Numbered from the stretch's first letter, positions 26,932 through 43,346 are shown. The stretch: 64,000 bases of DNA from the human T2T-CHM13v2.0 reference genome, Homo sapiens (GCF_009914755.1 NC_060935.1); one strand, 5' to 3'. Program-made: numbers and translations. The notes: a model not told the origin generated them from the letters alone.

Positions 26932-27829
26932 TCATAGTACACTTAGGCTTTTCACCCCTACACATAATCCTGCAACAAACATGCGTTTATGTGAATTCAT
27001 CTATTAGGTGTCTGTGGTAAAAATAATCCCTTAACAAGGAATATGACTTTGTGGTTAATTCTGTGTCATGTGTTCTACTAATTGATCTTCTCAACAGCCA
27101 CATGGGGTTGGTTTCATTATCATCAGCTTACGAATGAGAAACCCACAACTCAGAGAGGGTAAGCGAGTTACCAAATTCATATGAAAGCAACTGAAAAAGA
27201 ATTTGGACTCAGGCCTCCGGGAGACAGGAGCTGGCCTGTTCCTGGGAAAGCCCATGAATTTTGACCCAGACTAACCTGTGCTTTCAAAAGTGCCTGTTCT
27301 GCTATCTACAGTTGTTACTGGGATTAAATGAGTAGATACTTATAAAGCACTTAAAATAATGTCTGCTCATAATAAACTCTGTATAAATGTTGAATATATA
27401 GATACATAGCAGCTCTGCCCTGACTAGCCGTGTATGGACCATGAGCATGCATCTTAACCTCTCTGGGCCTCAGACTTCTCATCTGTAAAATGGGAGTCAT
27501 GGTATTATGTCAGCTTTATTGTCAGGAAAATGTAAAGCACATGGAATCTCATAGACTCTAACACATGGTAACAACTTCCTCTTCGAGCCAGTCTAATCTC
27601 TCTAGAATGATAAACTTCTATATTTAAATCACAATTTAAATTTTTTTATGTCTTTCACGGTCATTTTATCACCCCAGCAATGACTAGAAGGCCCAATATT
27701 TTATATATCTCTGTTAAATATTCTAAGCATTATTAAGAGCTTTCTGGGTATAGCCAAGCCCTCTTAACCGTCAGAGGCAGACTACTTTTCAACCAGGTCA
27801 GTTTCACTTTTGCGATCTGGAAGTATATG

Positions 27830-27846
27830 GCGCCACCTGCTGGCCA
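27830..27846 (-). promoter_or_regulatory. CTCF core motif
   Basis: The minus strand reads TGGCCAGCAGGTGGCGC, a full match to CCASYAGRKGGCRS. Confidence 0.75.
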
Positions 27847-30800
27847 AAGCACACCTCGCCAACAAAGTGCAGGTTAGTTCAGGATTGCCCATTCTAGTAG
27901 GATCCCCCCTCGACCCCTACCCTCCCCTGTCTTCACTTCCACCCAGGGGGAAATCTGAAGCACAGGATGGGTCAGCAATCGACTCTTTCTGAAGCTGGGT
28001 AAGACACATTATTCCTCTTGAACAGGCCCCCCTGCAGAAACTTAGGGACCCTAAGTTTCTCCACTTATGAAATAACAGGGTAGGGTCAGGCTTTGCCTAG
28101 GTCCCTCTCACCGCTAAGCTTCTAGGATTCTGTGAGTTCACCTCGGAGGCAGGCACAGGGAGGAAGGTGAGCTACTGTGTCTCAGGTTAAAATCAAGCCT
28201 GGAAATGGAAAGCAAGGCCAGGAATGTAGGCTGGGAAACGATGAGGCCCAGGACAGAGGAAACGAGGGCACAGCATGGGACCCCCGCTCATCAGCCAGAC
28301 CCACCCTGCCTTGGCCTTGCCCATCATCGGCAGAATAATCATCATCACTCAAACTACCGCTTATTGGGAGCCTATATCAGACACAGTGCTAGGTTCTTTA
28401 CATAGTGTTTTGTTAAATATTATTTCATACTATATCTGTACACTATCCCTTTAAGGTAGGTATTATTGTTGTTCACAACTGGAAAAAAGACTCAGAAAGG
28501 CTAAGAATTTGTTCAAGCTAAACACAGCCAATAAGTGGGAAATCTGGGATTTGACCCAAATCTGTCTGTCTTCAAAGCCCCTGAACCTTGCACCTTATTT
28601 CTTGCCTTCATCCCTCCTCCTTCCTTGCCTACTTTTTTCTTTTATGCTTCATCAGGCTGTGTTTTTCCGAGGCTATCACAGGTTCAGGTTGCATCTGGCC
28701 ATTGATGTGGGGAACTGAGATAACCATAGGGATAATTGTGGTCTCTACTTGCCATTTTTAGTTCAACTAAAAACAACTTTGCTGGTGGCCTCAACAGCCC
28801 ACTCATTAGTGATTGCTTACTTTCACTTTGTTGGTGTAGATGAAGGTGCCTCCGTGTCTTCCCTTCCAGTGAGGGCTTCCCAGCTTCCTCAGATGCTAAG
28901 TGCAACTGTAGATACACGTGGCCTCTGTGTTCCCAAAAGAAGCAGTGCAAGGGTGCAGGGCTTTATCCATTCCCAGACTCACCTGCCTTTCTGATCCTGG
29001 CTACCACCTTCCAGGTGCATTTTCCTTCAGGAACAGTGACTGCCAGGCACAAAGTTTGTGGGTGGCTCCAGGAAAGGGGAGAGGCACAGGAAAGAACGCT
29101 GGGCTAACTAGCAGGCAGGCACCCTGGCTTCTGACCCCTGCTTCCCCACTTCACAGCTACATGACCTGGGCAAGTCATAGGGTCTCTGAGACTCAGTTTC
29201 CCATCCTGAAAAATGGAAATGACGACACTTTCTCTGCCTCCCTCAAAAGTTAGTTTCTGCCTCTAATTCTCTAATCTGTCCCTCATGCCAACACAAGAGA
29301 TATAGTCCCAAAATACTTGTTTAATCATCCCATGCCCCCTCAAAGACTCTGGTGGTTTGACTGATCAAGCCAGGACTCAAACTCAAGTCGGCTTGGCACC
29401 AAACTTCTGCCTCTTTGGACCATTCCTTCCACGTGGCCATGCTGTGGCCATGTAAAACTGCACGGCACTTCCCAGAGCCCCCAGACACATTCACGCTCCT
29501 GTGGCTCCGTCCGTCTGGAACATGTGCCCACCTGGTCACACCTCTCTACCCTTCGCCTTTCCCTCTGTCAAGTCGTAACCACACTTCGAACCTAGATCAA
29601 CTGCCTTCTCCTCCTAGAAGCCTTCCCCTGCCTCCTTCAAGCACTTTTTTCATACTTAGTTTGTAGCCTTTATTCATTTCATTAATTAACTTCATTTCCA
29701 TTTTAATATACTTGCGCACAAAATTTTCCACACAATGGTGAGCTCCATGACCCTAACCCCAAAGGGTCAGAGGATTCTAATCAAAAAGGGGTTATCCAGA
29801 ATGCTCTGGGAATTGAATCCCCCCTCTCCAGCCAAGCCCCCACCCCATGTACTGGAGTGGGATGTCTCTCTTGAGGATACTTCTGATTTTCTACCCAGCC
29901 AAAATTCCAGGGAGGTTTGATCCTCAAAGAGCTGTTGGTCCTGGGCAGACTCTCTCCCACTGGGAGCCCGGTTGAGAGCCCAGCTTATTCCCCAGCAGGG
30001 TAGGCAGAATCAGCCCTAGAGTCACCCTGCAAAGAGAGGGAAGCTTTCAGGAAGGCAAAACAGAAAAGGCCACCATCTCTCAGGCTCAAAACTGCACAGC
30101 AGGGGCCTCTGGAGCAAGATCCCAGCAACTACTGCAAGAGCACCCACGAAGGTGAGGGAGGGTGTCGCATAGATGTTGGTATTATCAGCACTTATCCCTA
30201 CACAGTGATCTGCAGAACATTCTATTAGGTGAAGAAAACCCTGCAGAATGGTGTTTCTAGAGTGTTACCTTTTGTGTAAGAATGGAGCAGCATGTAAATA
30301 CTAACATGTCACATATGCATTGCTTACATCTTTCACAAAGAAACCGCCACAGGATACAACATAATAAAGATGCTTACCCTTTATAGAACGGGAAGAAATA
30401 GAGTGGAGGGCACAGGAATGGAAGCATGTTTTCTAAACCCTGTTCTGTGGTTTTGAAATTATATAAATTCCTTGCATAATTCATAAAAGAAATGGCGAAA
30501 TCAAAAAAGGAAAACAATAAACAGACTTTAACGATTGCAAATAAATGGAAACAAATGAACCTATGTCCAGTTGGTACCTGATCACACGGAGAAAAGAACT
30601 ACTTCAAGTGACTTTATCACTGTGTTGATTGTACATTGTTATATAAAGAATATCTATAGGATGGATGATTTAAAAATGTTTAATCCCAAATACTTTTAAG
30701 ACTGTAATCAATAGTCTTATTGTTAGCAGTGGAGTCAATATTGTTTTGTGCTGAAACTATTATAAGCACATGGCATAAGACAATAAAAAGATTCTCCCCG

Positions 30801-33800
30801 ACATCAGCAGTTTTCCAGTTTAACTCTCGTCCTCTGAACTGGCTGGAGCTCTGGGATCTTTTCTGCAGTAGGCAGGACCCTTGCTTCCTCTTTTTTGCCT
30901 CCCCAGTGCCTGGCTCACAGTAAACCCAAAATAAGCATCTCTTGAATTGAAGACAAACCCAAAGCACCAGGATTCTACTCAAATCCCCCCAACTCATAGC
31001 CTATCCCAGCTGGGACAGACCCCTGCAGGCACTGTTCTTGTCCCCCAGGCCTCCACTGGTCTCCATCAGGCCCTGCCCTGGGCTCTGCTTTCTTTGCCCT
31101 TGAAGCACCAGGCGCAGGGTTTGCTCTGGGACCAGTGTCCTCCCCTTCATTCCTCACCTTCAAACCCATTGCTCCCACCTCATGTTGCCATATGCACAGC
31201 CATTTACTTTCAACAGATGGATTTTTCACATCCATTATTTCATTGAATCCCCTCCTTAACTCTATTACAAAACTCCATTCTACAAATAAAGAAACTGGGG
31301 CTTAATGAAGTTAAGTCATTTTTCCAGGCCCCTTGACTAATGACTGGTCAATGACATAGGTCAGTCAAAAGCTCATTGGACAGATGTGGGTTTGAATCCA
31401 CTACTAGCCATGTAGACCTTGAGCAAATCATTCATTGGTTTATTTTATTCATTATAACCATGTATGGATTGTGTGAGGAACTCTGCTGGTGCTAGGAATA
31501 CAGAGGTGAGTAGAGAACACAGGGGCTGTTCTCCAGGGAGAACGGAGGCTCCACTTCCCATGTCAAAATGGAAATAATATCTGCCTCTACATCAAAGACT
31601 GAAATATAAATATGTGTGTGTGTATGTGTATACATACATATGCACACACATAGTTTTTAATTATATATATATAATTAGTATATATATTTAGTGTTTGTGT
31701 ATAGAGAGAGAAGTATGTGTATTAGTATTAGGAAGATACTTTGCACCAATGGGCTAATCAAATCTTCAGGACACCCATGATACTTCCGTATACTGACCTG
31801 GTGGATGACCTAGAGCTCATGGGAAAAGACTGCCTTTTCCTAGAACCTGCAATTCCAGAGATGTTCGTTCAGCACTCGCCAGGGCTCTGTCTTGTGCTGA
31901 GCAATGAGTGGTTTCTCCCAAAGTATAAGACGCATCCCAAGAGCATGCGCCAGTCATCCGTGGGTTTCAGGGAAGTGTGCGATGGCCCTGGGGAATCTGC
32001 TCAGAGGATGGTCCCTCCTAGGATGTCGACGAGGGATTTTAAACTCATGGGCTTTCAAAGCGGACTGCCCGGGGTTTGCATGCCAGCCCTGCCATTTTCC
32101 AGGTAATGTCTCTGGACACCTTCCTTACCTTAGCTGCCTCAAGTGGAATAAAGGTATAATCATAGTCTTGACCTCATAGGATTGTTGGGAAAATTACATG
32201 AGGGACTGCATATAAAATGCTGTAAACAGAACCTCGGACATGGTAACAACGTAGTAAATAACTCCTAGTAAATAACTTTCTTCTGCCACTGCACAAGCCT
32301 TGGGGTTTCCCACTTGTCTGAAGGATACCGATGTCTTCCAGAACACCCAAGCAGTCGAGAGTGCGCTGGGTAGAGACGCACCCCAGCTCCTGGCCCCTGC
32401 AACCGGTGGTGCAAATCTCCCTCTCCAAGGGGCTCAGCTCCAAGGAGTCCAGCTGGGTGCATCTGGCTGGGGAGATTAAATTATTTTTGAATTCCTAACT
32501 GAATGTTCTTTTAATGGAAACTTAATGACAGGCATTGAAATAGATTTCCTCCATAACCCCTCCTCCCACCCCCCCCCACCCCCCACGGCTCTGCCTTGCG
32601 CAGTTCCCGATAACCTTTATTCCCTGCCCCTGGACTTTTATCTCCCCAATGACAAACAGCCCTTGCCGGACAGAAAGAGGAAATTCCAGTCATTGTTCTC
32701 AAACTTCTGGCTTCCAAAATAAAATGCTCTATCTCCCCTGTCAAGCTTTGATTGACACACACTTCCTGTAATGGCAGGCAACAACGGCCCAGGGGCGGGG
32801 CCGGGTTCATTTGCATTCTTTCCATCAGAAGCTGTCCTAACGTTTGTTCTAGACAGGGAAAGATCCCCGTGCTATTCACAGAAGCATCCTGTTGAGGACC
32901 CATATTCTGTTTCATGAAAAATCCCCAAGGAAGACACTTCCTCAACCGTCTCTGCAATCCGCCCAGGGAGTTCTTCTGGAAGGTCCAGTTGCACATCCCC
33001 TTAGTGATGGATAGAGAAGGACAGTCACCTATCAGCCCATGTCTTAAAAAGGCATGGCAACACAAAAGGATCTTTCCCTTCTACCTTTTCTCTCTTAAGG
33101 AATAAATAATTTTTAAACATTTAGTGCTTTCCATTAAAGACAACCTCCCAAATCTTAACTCTTAAATATTGGAGCTTGAGCCAACCTAAGTCCAGGAAGA
33201 TTCAACCAGGATCAAACGCTCTTAGTCAAAATCCCCATAGCAACAGAGATGAACTGGGCAATTCAAAGAGAATCAGTCTCAAGGAAAATTTTGAATATAA
33301 TAATGCATCATGGGATGCAGTTTTTCACGAAGGAAATTAGAACAGTTGACATGCTTTTGAAATCAGCAAATAGAATAACCCAGCATCTGTAGCAAATAGC
33401 AGTACTGATGTAGTCAGATTCCACCGGGAAAAATGTCACTGCATTGTAATAAAAAGGCTGCCTTTAGCAGTGGTGTTAACCTACAAGCAGTTTGGCCTTC
33501 TCAGGCTATTTTTCATTTCTCTTTACTACTTGAGCACCCATTCCCTTGTTACCCCCTTTCTTAAAATGCACAGGAGTGTTATGCGCTTTGGGGTTCCAGC
33601 CACTCCTTAGACCTATCAAAAGTTACCTGTTCCAGGCCTCTTTTCCTAGGGGCTTAATTGGATGTACCTGTGTTAATGGTTGCTAGAGGGTCAATGGGAA
33701 TTTCCATTAAAAAAGAGACTCCAGGTGCAGAGTGTCTTGATCCTAGCAAAGGGATATTTAGAAGCAGATGGGCCTCCACCAAATAACCCAGAAGTAAATA

Positions 33801-34524
33801 CCAATCAGAAAGATGTATGTTGTTCACCTCCCTAAACAATCAAAGGGAATGGATTGCTTATGACCATCTCACTTCCAGCCATCTACATGCATGCTGCCAG
33901 CCAGCAGGAGAATACACCAGGAAGAGTGCATGCTGATGGGAACAAGTGTCAACACAGTTTCCCTCCAGTTTATGAAGGGGCTACATCATGACAGTGGGCC
34001 AGCAGAGAATTCCAGCTCCCTCAAGCTTGTGATACCTGATTTCTTTTTCCTGTCAGCACATTAAATTGTGGTGCCAAAGCACTCACAGGTACAGAGTGAG
34101 AGTTCCACATGGGCCAGCTATGGCCACTGTTATGGCCACTGACAAGGTGTGCAACCCTAAAACCATCAGACTTCCCACTGTTCTTAGTCAGAAGGACCAG
34201 AGTGGTGCATGGATCTGTACAAATACAGCCCAGGCATGGAAAAACATAAGCCATCCCTCCCAACAACTGTGGGCAGCTGCCGTTTTATGTGCCAAGACTC
34301 ACACTGGAGAGGCGTGATGGAGCTGTACCGGAAGGGGTGTGTCTGTGGCCAGGGTCATTTCCTCCTGAGGACTCCAGACAACAAATGTGTCCTATCTGCT
34401 TCCTCTCCACTCCTCCCGCCCCTTCCAGGAGAGGGTCCTCTCTGCAAGAGGATTTTCACCTGGAACCTGACTCAGTTAATGCATAGTAATAATAATAATC
34501 AAAGTGCATGCACAGTTTCAGAAA

Positions 34525-34530
34525 TTTACT
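34525..34530 (-). terminator. Candidate KCNJ1 poly(A) signal, non-canonical AGTAAA
   Basis: The + strand tttact is AGTAAA on the - strand, about 1.1 kb past the stop, followed by a T-rich tract (gattattattattac). I saw no AATAAA between the stop and this site. Confidence 0.5.
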
Positions 34531-35615
34531 ATATTAATCAACACACTGAAAACATTTTGATTCCTAAGCAGCTTTGAGTACCAGTTTTTTTCCAGGACAC
34601 ATTCGGAATGATGCAGGTGGGGATCTGAAGAAGACTTTCACAGTAAAACTTTCCCCTCAAGGTCGAGCCTTCCATAAGCTGGTCCCTTTTAGGAAGATGG
34701 GCTGTCAGGGAAAGAAAGACATAGTAACATTCTGACTGTGGGGCTCCATCCCATTCCTCTCTCTTTCCCACTTCTTCTTTAGAAATAGCATTCCAGTACA
34801 AACTCTAGGTGGAGGAACACATGAAACTGTTTCTTCTCAGGTGCATTAATGATACATTCCCTTCTCTACTGACTTTGCACCTTCCAACTCCTCATTGCTG
34901 TCTTCGAAGAGCAGGAAATGCTCTTTATAAACAGATTTATAGCCCTTTAAGCCATCCAATACAGATTGAAAGAAATATCATCACCACTTTTAACTAAAGC
35001 ATTCTGTCTTGCAGGAAGGTATCATCAAGATTCTAGTGTGCAGATTTAGCCTCTGTCTAAACGTACCACATGAGAAGCTTAGAGCCTCAAATTGTTCTTT
35101 GTGTAAGCGTTTTCTTGTCATTGATTGGTTGGTTCATCTCCCCAAATTAGGAGACAATTTTTCCATGAGTAAAAGTCCACATTAAAAGTGGAGTCATTCT
35201 TATCAGTAGAATCAAAATGAGATTATTATTGTCCCCTGATCCTTTCTAAAGTTCATAACTTCTTTAAGGAAACTTTAAAAAATATTTTGTTTGGCCTGTT
35301 CATGAAACTTTTGATAATTTTATCTGCTCCAATCCACCTTATATGAGCTCAAATAATCATATTTAAGATTTCAAGAGAGCACCTATGTCTTCCATACACC
35401 AGTTTCATATAAATGCATTGCACGTTCTAATACAGTAGCCTTGTGGAGATGCATGTCTTGTGGGATCACAATTGCGGGGCTCAGGGGTCTTTGTGCTGGT
35501 AGACTTTGAAGGCTCTCATCCTACTTTCGTACCCCTAAATTGTTGACTGCTTCATAATGCTTCTAGGTACTAGGAGCTTTAGAGACTTTGCTTTACTCCC
35601 GTTGAAAAGCCACTG

Positions 35616-36809
<1,194 letters not shown>

Positions 36810-38872
36810 CTAGGTGACCCACATGAAAGACCTAACTACGAAAAGATCATTCAAAATTATCTGGGTTACTAATCATTTGGCAAGCTGACAAGTTTATTCT
36901 GGATACCACAATGCTATTTCTGATAGAAACTTTCCACTGGAAGACCATGTTACTCAAACATAAAGAGGCAAAATAATTACAGAGAGCTAGAAATGAAGAC
37001 AAACTAAGTGATTATATATTCAAGTGTTTCCTGACCTCAATTAGTCTCACACAACCTTAAATATGTTTGTAATAACCAATTATGACCTGTATTTTTATTT
37101 ATTGAATATTACTTAAATCACCTTCTCATAAGTTTAGCCTTATGTTAAGCAATAATTTCTGAGAAATCACAAACTTGAAGCATTATGTATGTTTTTGAGA
37201 TATAGAAAAATGAATAACTGACCAATAAAACACTCATCAATATACTACCTAAATCATCTATGTACTTCTATTGATACTCATATATCAAGAAAAATCCTAA
37301 TTCAATTCTGTTCTCTCATTTATCAAATGAGAAAACTGAGATTTAGAAAATTTAAATAACTTGTCCAAATGCATGTACCTAGCCAGTGGCAGGATGACAA
37401 CTAGAATATAGGGCTCCCTGCCTCTAGTCTAGGGGAGCTTCTACCACTCCGTGTCTCAGTTATCAAATGTTATATTCTAAAGTCACACTTCCCTAAAATA
37501 TTTTCAGACAAGTATTGGTCATATTTCTTTTTGTTAAATGCTGAACACTATTTAGAACAGAGCTCAGATCCAACCAGATGGTCTCATAGGGCTTCTCCAT
37601 AAATCTACAAGCCTGTTCCTACTCTCTCCCCACGGTTTCCCAAGATTCCCAAAAGGAATAGTATGAGAGCCACCATCAACACATCTAACACTTCCTTCCC
37701 TACTCCAAAGCTGGAGGACTGGGGAGCACTGATTTAAGTAATACTCCATAAAGACAGACCATACTTTATTCATTCCTATATCACAATTGCTAGCACAGTT
37801 GATGAGTGCCTACTGTTTATTCAGTAAACGTAAATGAAATAATTCAGTGAATGAATTACATTTTTCAAAATCCTATTTGCTCAATTGATTTTTTATAGAT
37901 GACATTACTGTGACTTCCATTGTACAGCAAAATGGTGAAGGGCCTGTCCCATAAACACCTGACAGTGGTGAAACCCAAAGTCATAAACGCTAGATTACCT
38001 CCTCCCCCATGCCCAAGAATATCAAGGTGTGCCCACCCTGGTCCGCAATGTCTTCAGGGTATTTTTCATTAAATGCAAATATGTTTTTAAAATAGATTTC
38101 AAAATCCCCCTTGAAAAATGTGTTTATTCGTAAGAACTAGGAAGCGAAACCAACTGAGTGATACATTTTAAATAATAGTGATATCCCACAGTGTCTTGTT
38201 CAAGGCCTTAACCCAGCTGAAAACACAAGAAGCCAACGCCAAGTCGAAGCGGTGATGAGAAAACCACAGCTGTGGTGATTTGAAATGTTGAGGGCAGGTT
38301 CTAAAGACATAAAAAAAGAAAATGCTGCCAAGAGAATAAACAGCAATGCACATAGTCAAGAGGGCCCTCCTCTCATCCCACACTGCCCTCACTGACCTCA
38401 AGTCCCCAGTGAGGATTAGGGGATGGTGCATGTGAGGTACAGAGAAGGAAATGGTCTTCTCCTTTCCTTGTACACACATCCTTTACCCTGGTCTACACCC
38501 ATGTGGACTGACCTCTCTCCCAGGTGCATTCAGGGTCACACTGTTTACCCAGCTCTCCAGAGAGTGACTCTCAGCTCAAATAGTAAATTCTAAAACCAAC
38601 ATTTATCAATTGAATCCACATTCTCTTTGTCATACATTATAATTCCAGAGATGGCTCCTAACACACCAACTTCTGAGTTTTTTTCCCAGCACCCTGCTCC
38701 TCTAGCCTCCCTTAATTTCATTTTACTTTTAAAGGTAAAGAAGATTTCTGTAGAGTGAAGAAGTACCCCCTGATTGATCACTTGAATAACGTTGAGTTTC
38801 CATGACTGCATTAATGATGAAACATTATCTGCCTGGCTTTCCAGAGAGGTGATTTCCCCAGCCTCCACTTAC

Positions 38873-38908
38873 CAACGTGTCAAACACATTCCGACTGGAA
38901 GCATTCAT
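38873..38908 (-). CDS. KCNJ1: KCNJ1 ROMK1-specific N-terminal coding segment MNASSRNVFDTL
   Basis: The minus strand reads ATG AAT GCT TCC AGT CGG AAT GTG TTT GAC ACG TTG|gtaagt. Phase 0 join to the core exon gives 12+7+372 = 391 aa, the known ROMK1 length. Confidence 0.95.
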
Positions 38909-41900
38909 GGCTGGAAAAAGCAAGGAAGTGGTGCTGGTTGTTGGTCTTTCTATGCAGACTGATTTCTTTTAGACTCAGCCTAATTTATTGTAGGCGACAG
39001 TCAGTGGACTGACGCTAATTTGTGTAAACTTGGAAACACTTAATTTGATAGTGGAGTCGTGTGATTTAAACCAAGGCAATTGGTTGTTCTCAGACCAAGC
39101 CCCAAGCTGAATAGGTATTTTTTCTTTCCAACATCACATGGCTTGAATACCAACATGCTAAGACATGACAAGCCATCAGCTAAGGTCTCTGGGCAGCAGG
39201 CATGGATTGGGTTCCAGCATTGCCTTCCTCTCCTTGGCCACGCTCTATCGCTCACTTGTTTCTCCTAAAAGTTGTGCCTAATAACAACTGGCCGGAAACA
39301 CTTACTTATCATCAATCTCCCGGCCTATTCTCTGAAACCCACTGAAATACTGAGTTTTCCAAGGGTTCACAAAGATGCAGGTGAACATACAGACATAAGT
39401 ACATATTTACAAGACAAAAGTAAGATCACACCAGGAAGAAACAAGATACCATGTTAATCTCTCCATACAACAGTTATGTAAGAAACAGACTTAAAAGAAG
39501 TCTTTATTGTTGGAAGTCTTTATTATTCGGGAAAACCTGGCATTTACTGAAGGTGTTTTTTACATGCACTGGGTTAGCCAATGCTATTGATTTATTTGTT
39601 CAGAGTGAGAGGGATTATTCTTAGAGAATGCAATGATACAGGATAAATTCATCCACTAACCAAAACTGTCATTCACATGGCAGACCTATTATTGCACAGA
39701 TCCTACTTTTTTTAGATAATGGCATTTAATCTAACCACAGACAGAGCCAATATGTATTTTATGAACTCTTAGGTGATTAGAGATTGTCCCTGGTGTCTGG
39801 GTTATATAATATGCTCAGTTTTTAGGTTCCTTTCTATTGAAATCAGTAAATCTTAATAGCAAGCAAAGGGCTGCACATTAGCTAATATTTACCAAGGTAT
39901 TTTTAGTGGCTTGGCAAAACAAGCGGATTACATTACTGCCACTTTTTCTTTAGTGCCTCAGCATTCTTGTTCTATAAACAATCCATTCTCAGAAAATAGA
40001 CATTTTGTGCACTTCCCAAACACTGATTGTATGCTTGTTCTGTAGGATTTCAAAGACAAATAGAACTCTTCCTGTTCTCAAGGAGTTCATAGTCTAATGG
40101 GGAAGTGAACTAAGGAAATCAACCACAACCGAGCATGGTTGGTATAATGCCAAAAAGAATAACTTTTTAAAAAGATCCCCATCAGCTGGGGATCCACCCT
40201 TTCTTTGCAAACATACTTCAACTGGCAGAAAACTCATTGCATTTATGTATACATTAATTTATTTATCAATCACTATTCAATGATGATATGTTGATACCCA
40301 ATGTTGACTGTGTGTGCTGACCATTGTGCTAGACATCAGAGAAGTAATGGACTCAGTCCTTGTTATCATGCAACTCCCATTTCAGCAGAGAGGGTGGTGC
40401 AAATGTGTCAATAATCTATGAAATGACCAGTGATGAATGCCAGGATATGAAACAGTGGGAGCACTCTGGGGAGCACCTATTTTGATGAGCAGAACTGTAA
40501 CCCTGAGGCCAAGCCCTGAAGATGAGTTAGAGTCACATATAGTAGAAACTCTATAAATATTTGCTGAATGATGATAAATACATTAATCAATGAGAATATA
40601 AAATCAATGAGCTTACTGTCACTTATATCACATAGTATCTGGTGGCTCCCACTCTAATGGAGATGTCTTGTGTGTGCACTACTAACCACACTACAGGGTA
40701 GTCTTCTGTGTGACCCAGGCAGGGGCAACCAAGGAAAGAAAACATGGGGGAGCTGAAAGAAGTTCCAAGTAAGCAAATAATGGAGCATAGAAAGCCTCAG
40801 TGAGACACTGGGCTGCAAAGGCAAGCTAGGGCCAACGGACTCTGCACTTGGTGTACCATTTGACAGGTTTTTTTCATAGAACGAAAGGAGAAACTGTTAT
40901 AAAGAACATTGTTCTAGTTGTGCTTCAGAGAAATCTCATTAAAATTCTAAATAAGTCTGAAGTCTCCTCCATTTAACAGCCCTTCAAATTCTTGAAAGCA
41001 AACATATTTTCTTCCTGAATTTCCTTTTCTCCATAAAAATATGTGCTTCATTTTTATGCAACATCTACTTTAATCAGCATGTGCTCATTTTAAGGGAGGG
41101 ACCAACAGTTTGTGGTCCTTACTGAATCTGATGAACCCAGGTGCAGAAGCTCTTCTTCCACAGACATCCACTTGAGAACAATTCATTCAGAATTTGGGAT
41201 TTCTTACAGCACTTACCACCCCAGCCTGCTCAGCAGTCAAACAGCCACTATGTCAAAGAGGGGAAAGGGAAAATAGGCATGGCTGTTACCGCTTCTGATT
41301 TAGAATTAAAAGTCTATTGTTCCTCTATAGAAATGGAAAAAAAAAAAACACTTATTGCAGTCTGCCTTTCAGCCAAACCTCTCATAGCTCATGCACATCC
41401 TTAGGTAACTTTAGGACATTTCTGAGAGTCAGGATTTCAGATTAGAGGTAGGAAATATGAGCTATGTGGCCTGAGAGGAGAAGTCAGATGATTTTCTCTA
41501 GTCCCTTTCTAACCGTGATGGAGAAGAAATTCGTTTCTATGAAAAAATTACTGCTTTGTCAACAGTCGATTGAATCTGGAAACATTTCTTGAGGATTTTC
41601 CATTGCAATGATTGAATGGGATTATGGGGCAGAGCCCCTTCCTTCTTAATCAATATAATTAAACAAACACATTATTTATTGAGCATCTACTATATACCAG
41701 GTGCTATGCTAGGAAACAATGCAAGGTAACAGTCCCTGCTCTCAAGTTGTTCACGAATAAGTAATTCAAGAATTGTAATGTGGCAGGTTTGCTGCCTTGA
41801 AATGATTGAGGACACGATGTTAAGGCAGTCCCAAAGAGGAGACCCAGAAGGTTGGGTGGGTGTTGGGCTTGTATTCTTACTCAGCTTTGCTAAGGAAGGA

Positions 41901-43346
41901 AAACAAGTGCATCTAACTGCTGCTGTGGAGGACTTCCTGTTTTCTATGAAAATCATCTCAAGCTATTGGAGGATCACCACCCTGCTGGATCTGCAAAGGT
42001 TCAGAGCCCCGAGAAGCAGTAAACCATCTAGCTCCACAGACTACACTTATCACATCCAGAACCTGTAGTAGACAGAGAGTGGCATTTCCCTTCTGTTCGG
42101 TAATGCCAGAGAAGTTATCTCTGATGTCTTTACCACTATCAGGCAGCTCACATGGGAACAGCATGGGCTCTTTTTAGATAGAACTTGGCAAGGCTGGTAG
42201 AAACCATCTTTCCTGGCCTCATGGGCATAGAAGAGGGCATCTGAGCTTCAGGACTCTTCCAGGCTAGACTTGGGAATGCACTTCAGGAATACCCTACTTT
42301 TTTGTAGGGTGAGCATACTCCTGGGTCCCCACTGCTATGAACCAGAGTGTGTCTGTATCCAGGGTGTGTGTACAGCAAGGGCCTTCCTAGGTGCCTCCCT
42401 CCTTCCAGAGAAGAGAGCTTGGGGAAAAAGGGCTGAAGCATCACAAGGTCTGATGGTGTTGGTACTCTCAGGAGGCACACTGTGTTCTGTAGGCGTCTCT
42501 GGGCCAGCCATCCAGAGTATCACTTTCTGAATAACTTGTCCTTTTGTGCACAGGGGATCAGGAGAAGATAGGAGATCCTGGCCAGTAATGTTCCCAGAAG
42601 AGGTAACAGCTAGGGGCAGCATGGCAGAGTCGACGGGCTTCTAGCTCGGGTTAGCACAGACATTGATTTGAACCCTATCTCTGCCACCCAAGAGTCAGGT
42701 GAGCTAAGCAAACCACTGACCTTTGCTGATACAGGTGAGTTTCCTCACCTGTGAAATGGCTATAATATACTCTCAAACATTGTTGTATGATTTAAATGCA
42801 ATAGCATAGGTAAAGTTCCTAGAAAATAGTAATTATGCAATAAATAGCTACAATTATTATAACTGGTTCCCAAATTTCAAACTAGCATGGCAGTTTAATC
42901 AGGGGTCACTGGTCCAGGCCAATCGGGGTCTACCTCCTGGAGCGAAATGGGCCATATTGGAGACTACAGCCAATGGAGGAAAAGGCTTCCGTGAGAGTGA
43001 TGAAGGTTCTGACAACATATCTGGTCTATCAACTATGCTAGCTTCAGAGCCCATCCTCCCAGTGCGCAACAGAAGATCTGGAAAATACAAACATGTTTTA
43101 TAAAGGTTTTCTCTATAATCAGGGCAAAAGACTTGTCTTGGAGAGGTGGGAACAGGATAGAGGGAGAGAATTATCCTTGGCAAGGCTGAACAGAGCGACG
43201 GTACCGAGGCTTGATGCTGTTCTTCTCTCACCCTAGGATTAGGATTAACTAGGATTGGATCTGTGGAAAAGCAGGCCACTGGAAGGTGACCTCGTACTAC
43301 CGGCGAGGTCTTGGTTCTCCTGGCACATGAGGCTGGGTCTTGCTCC

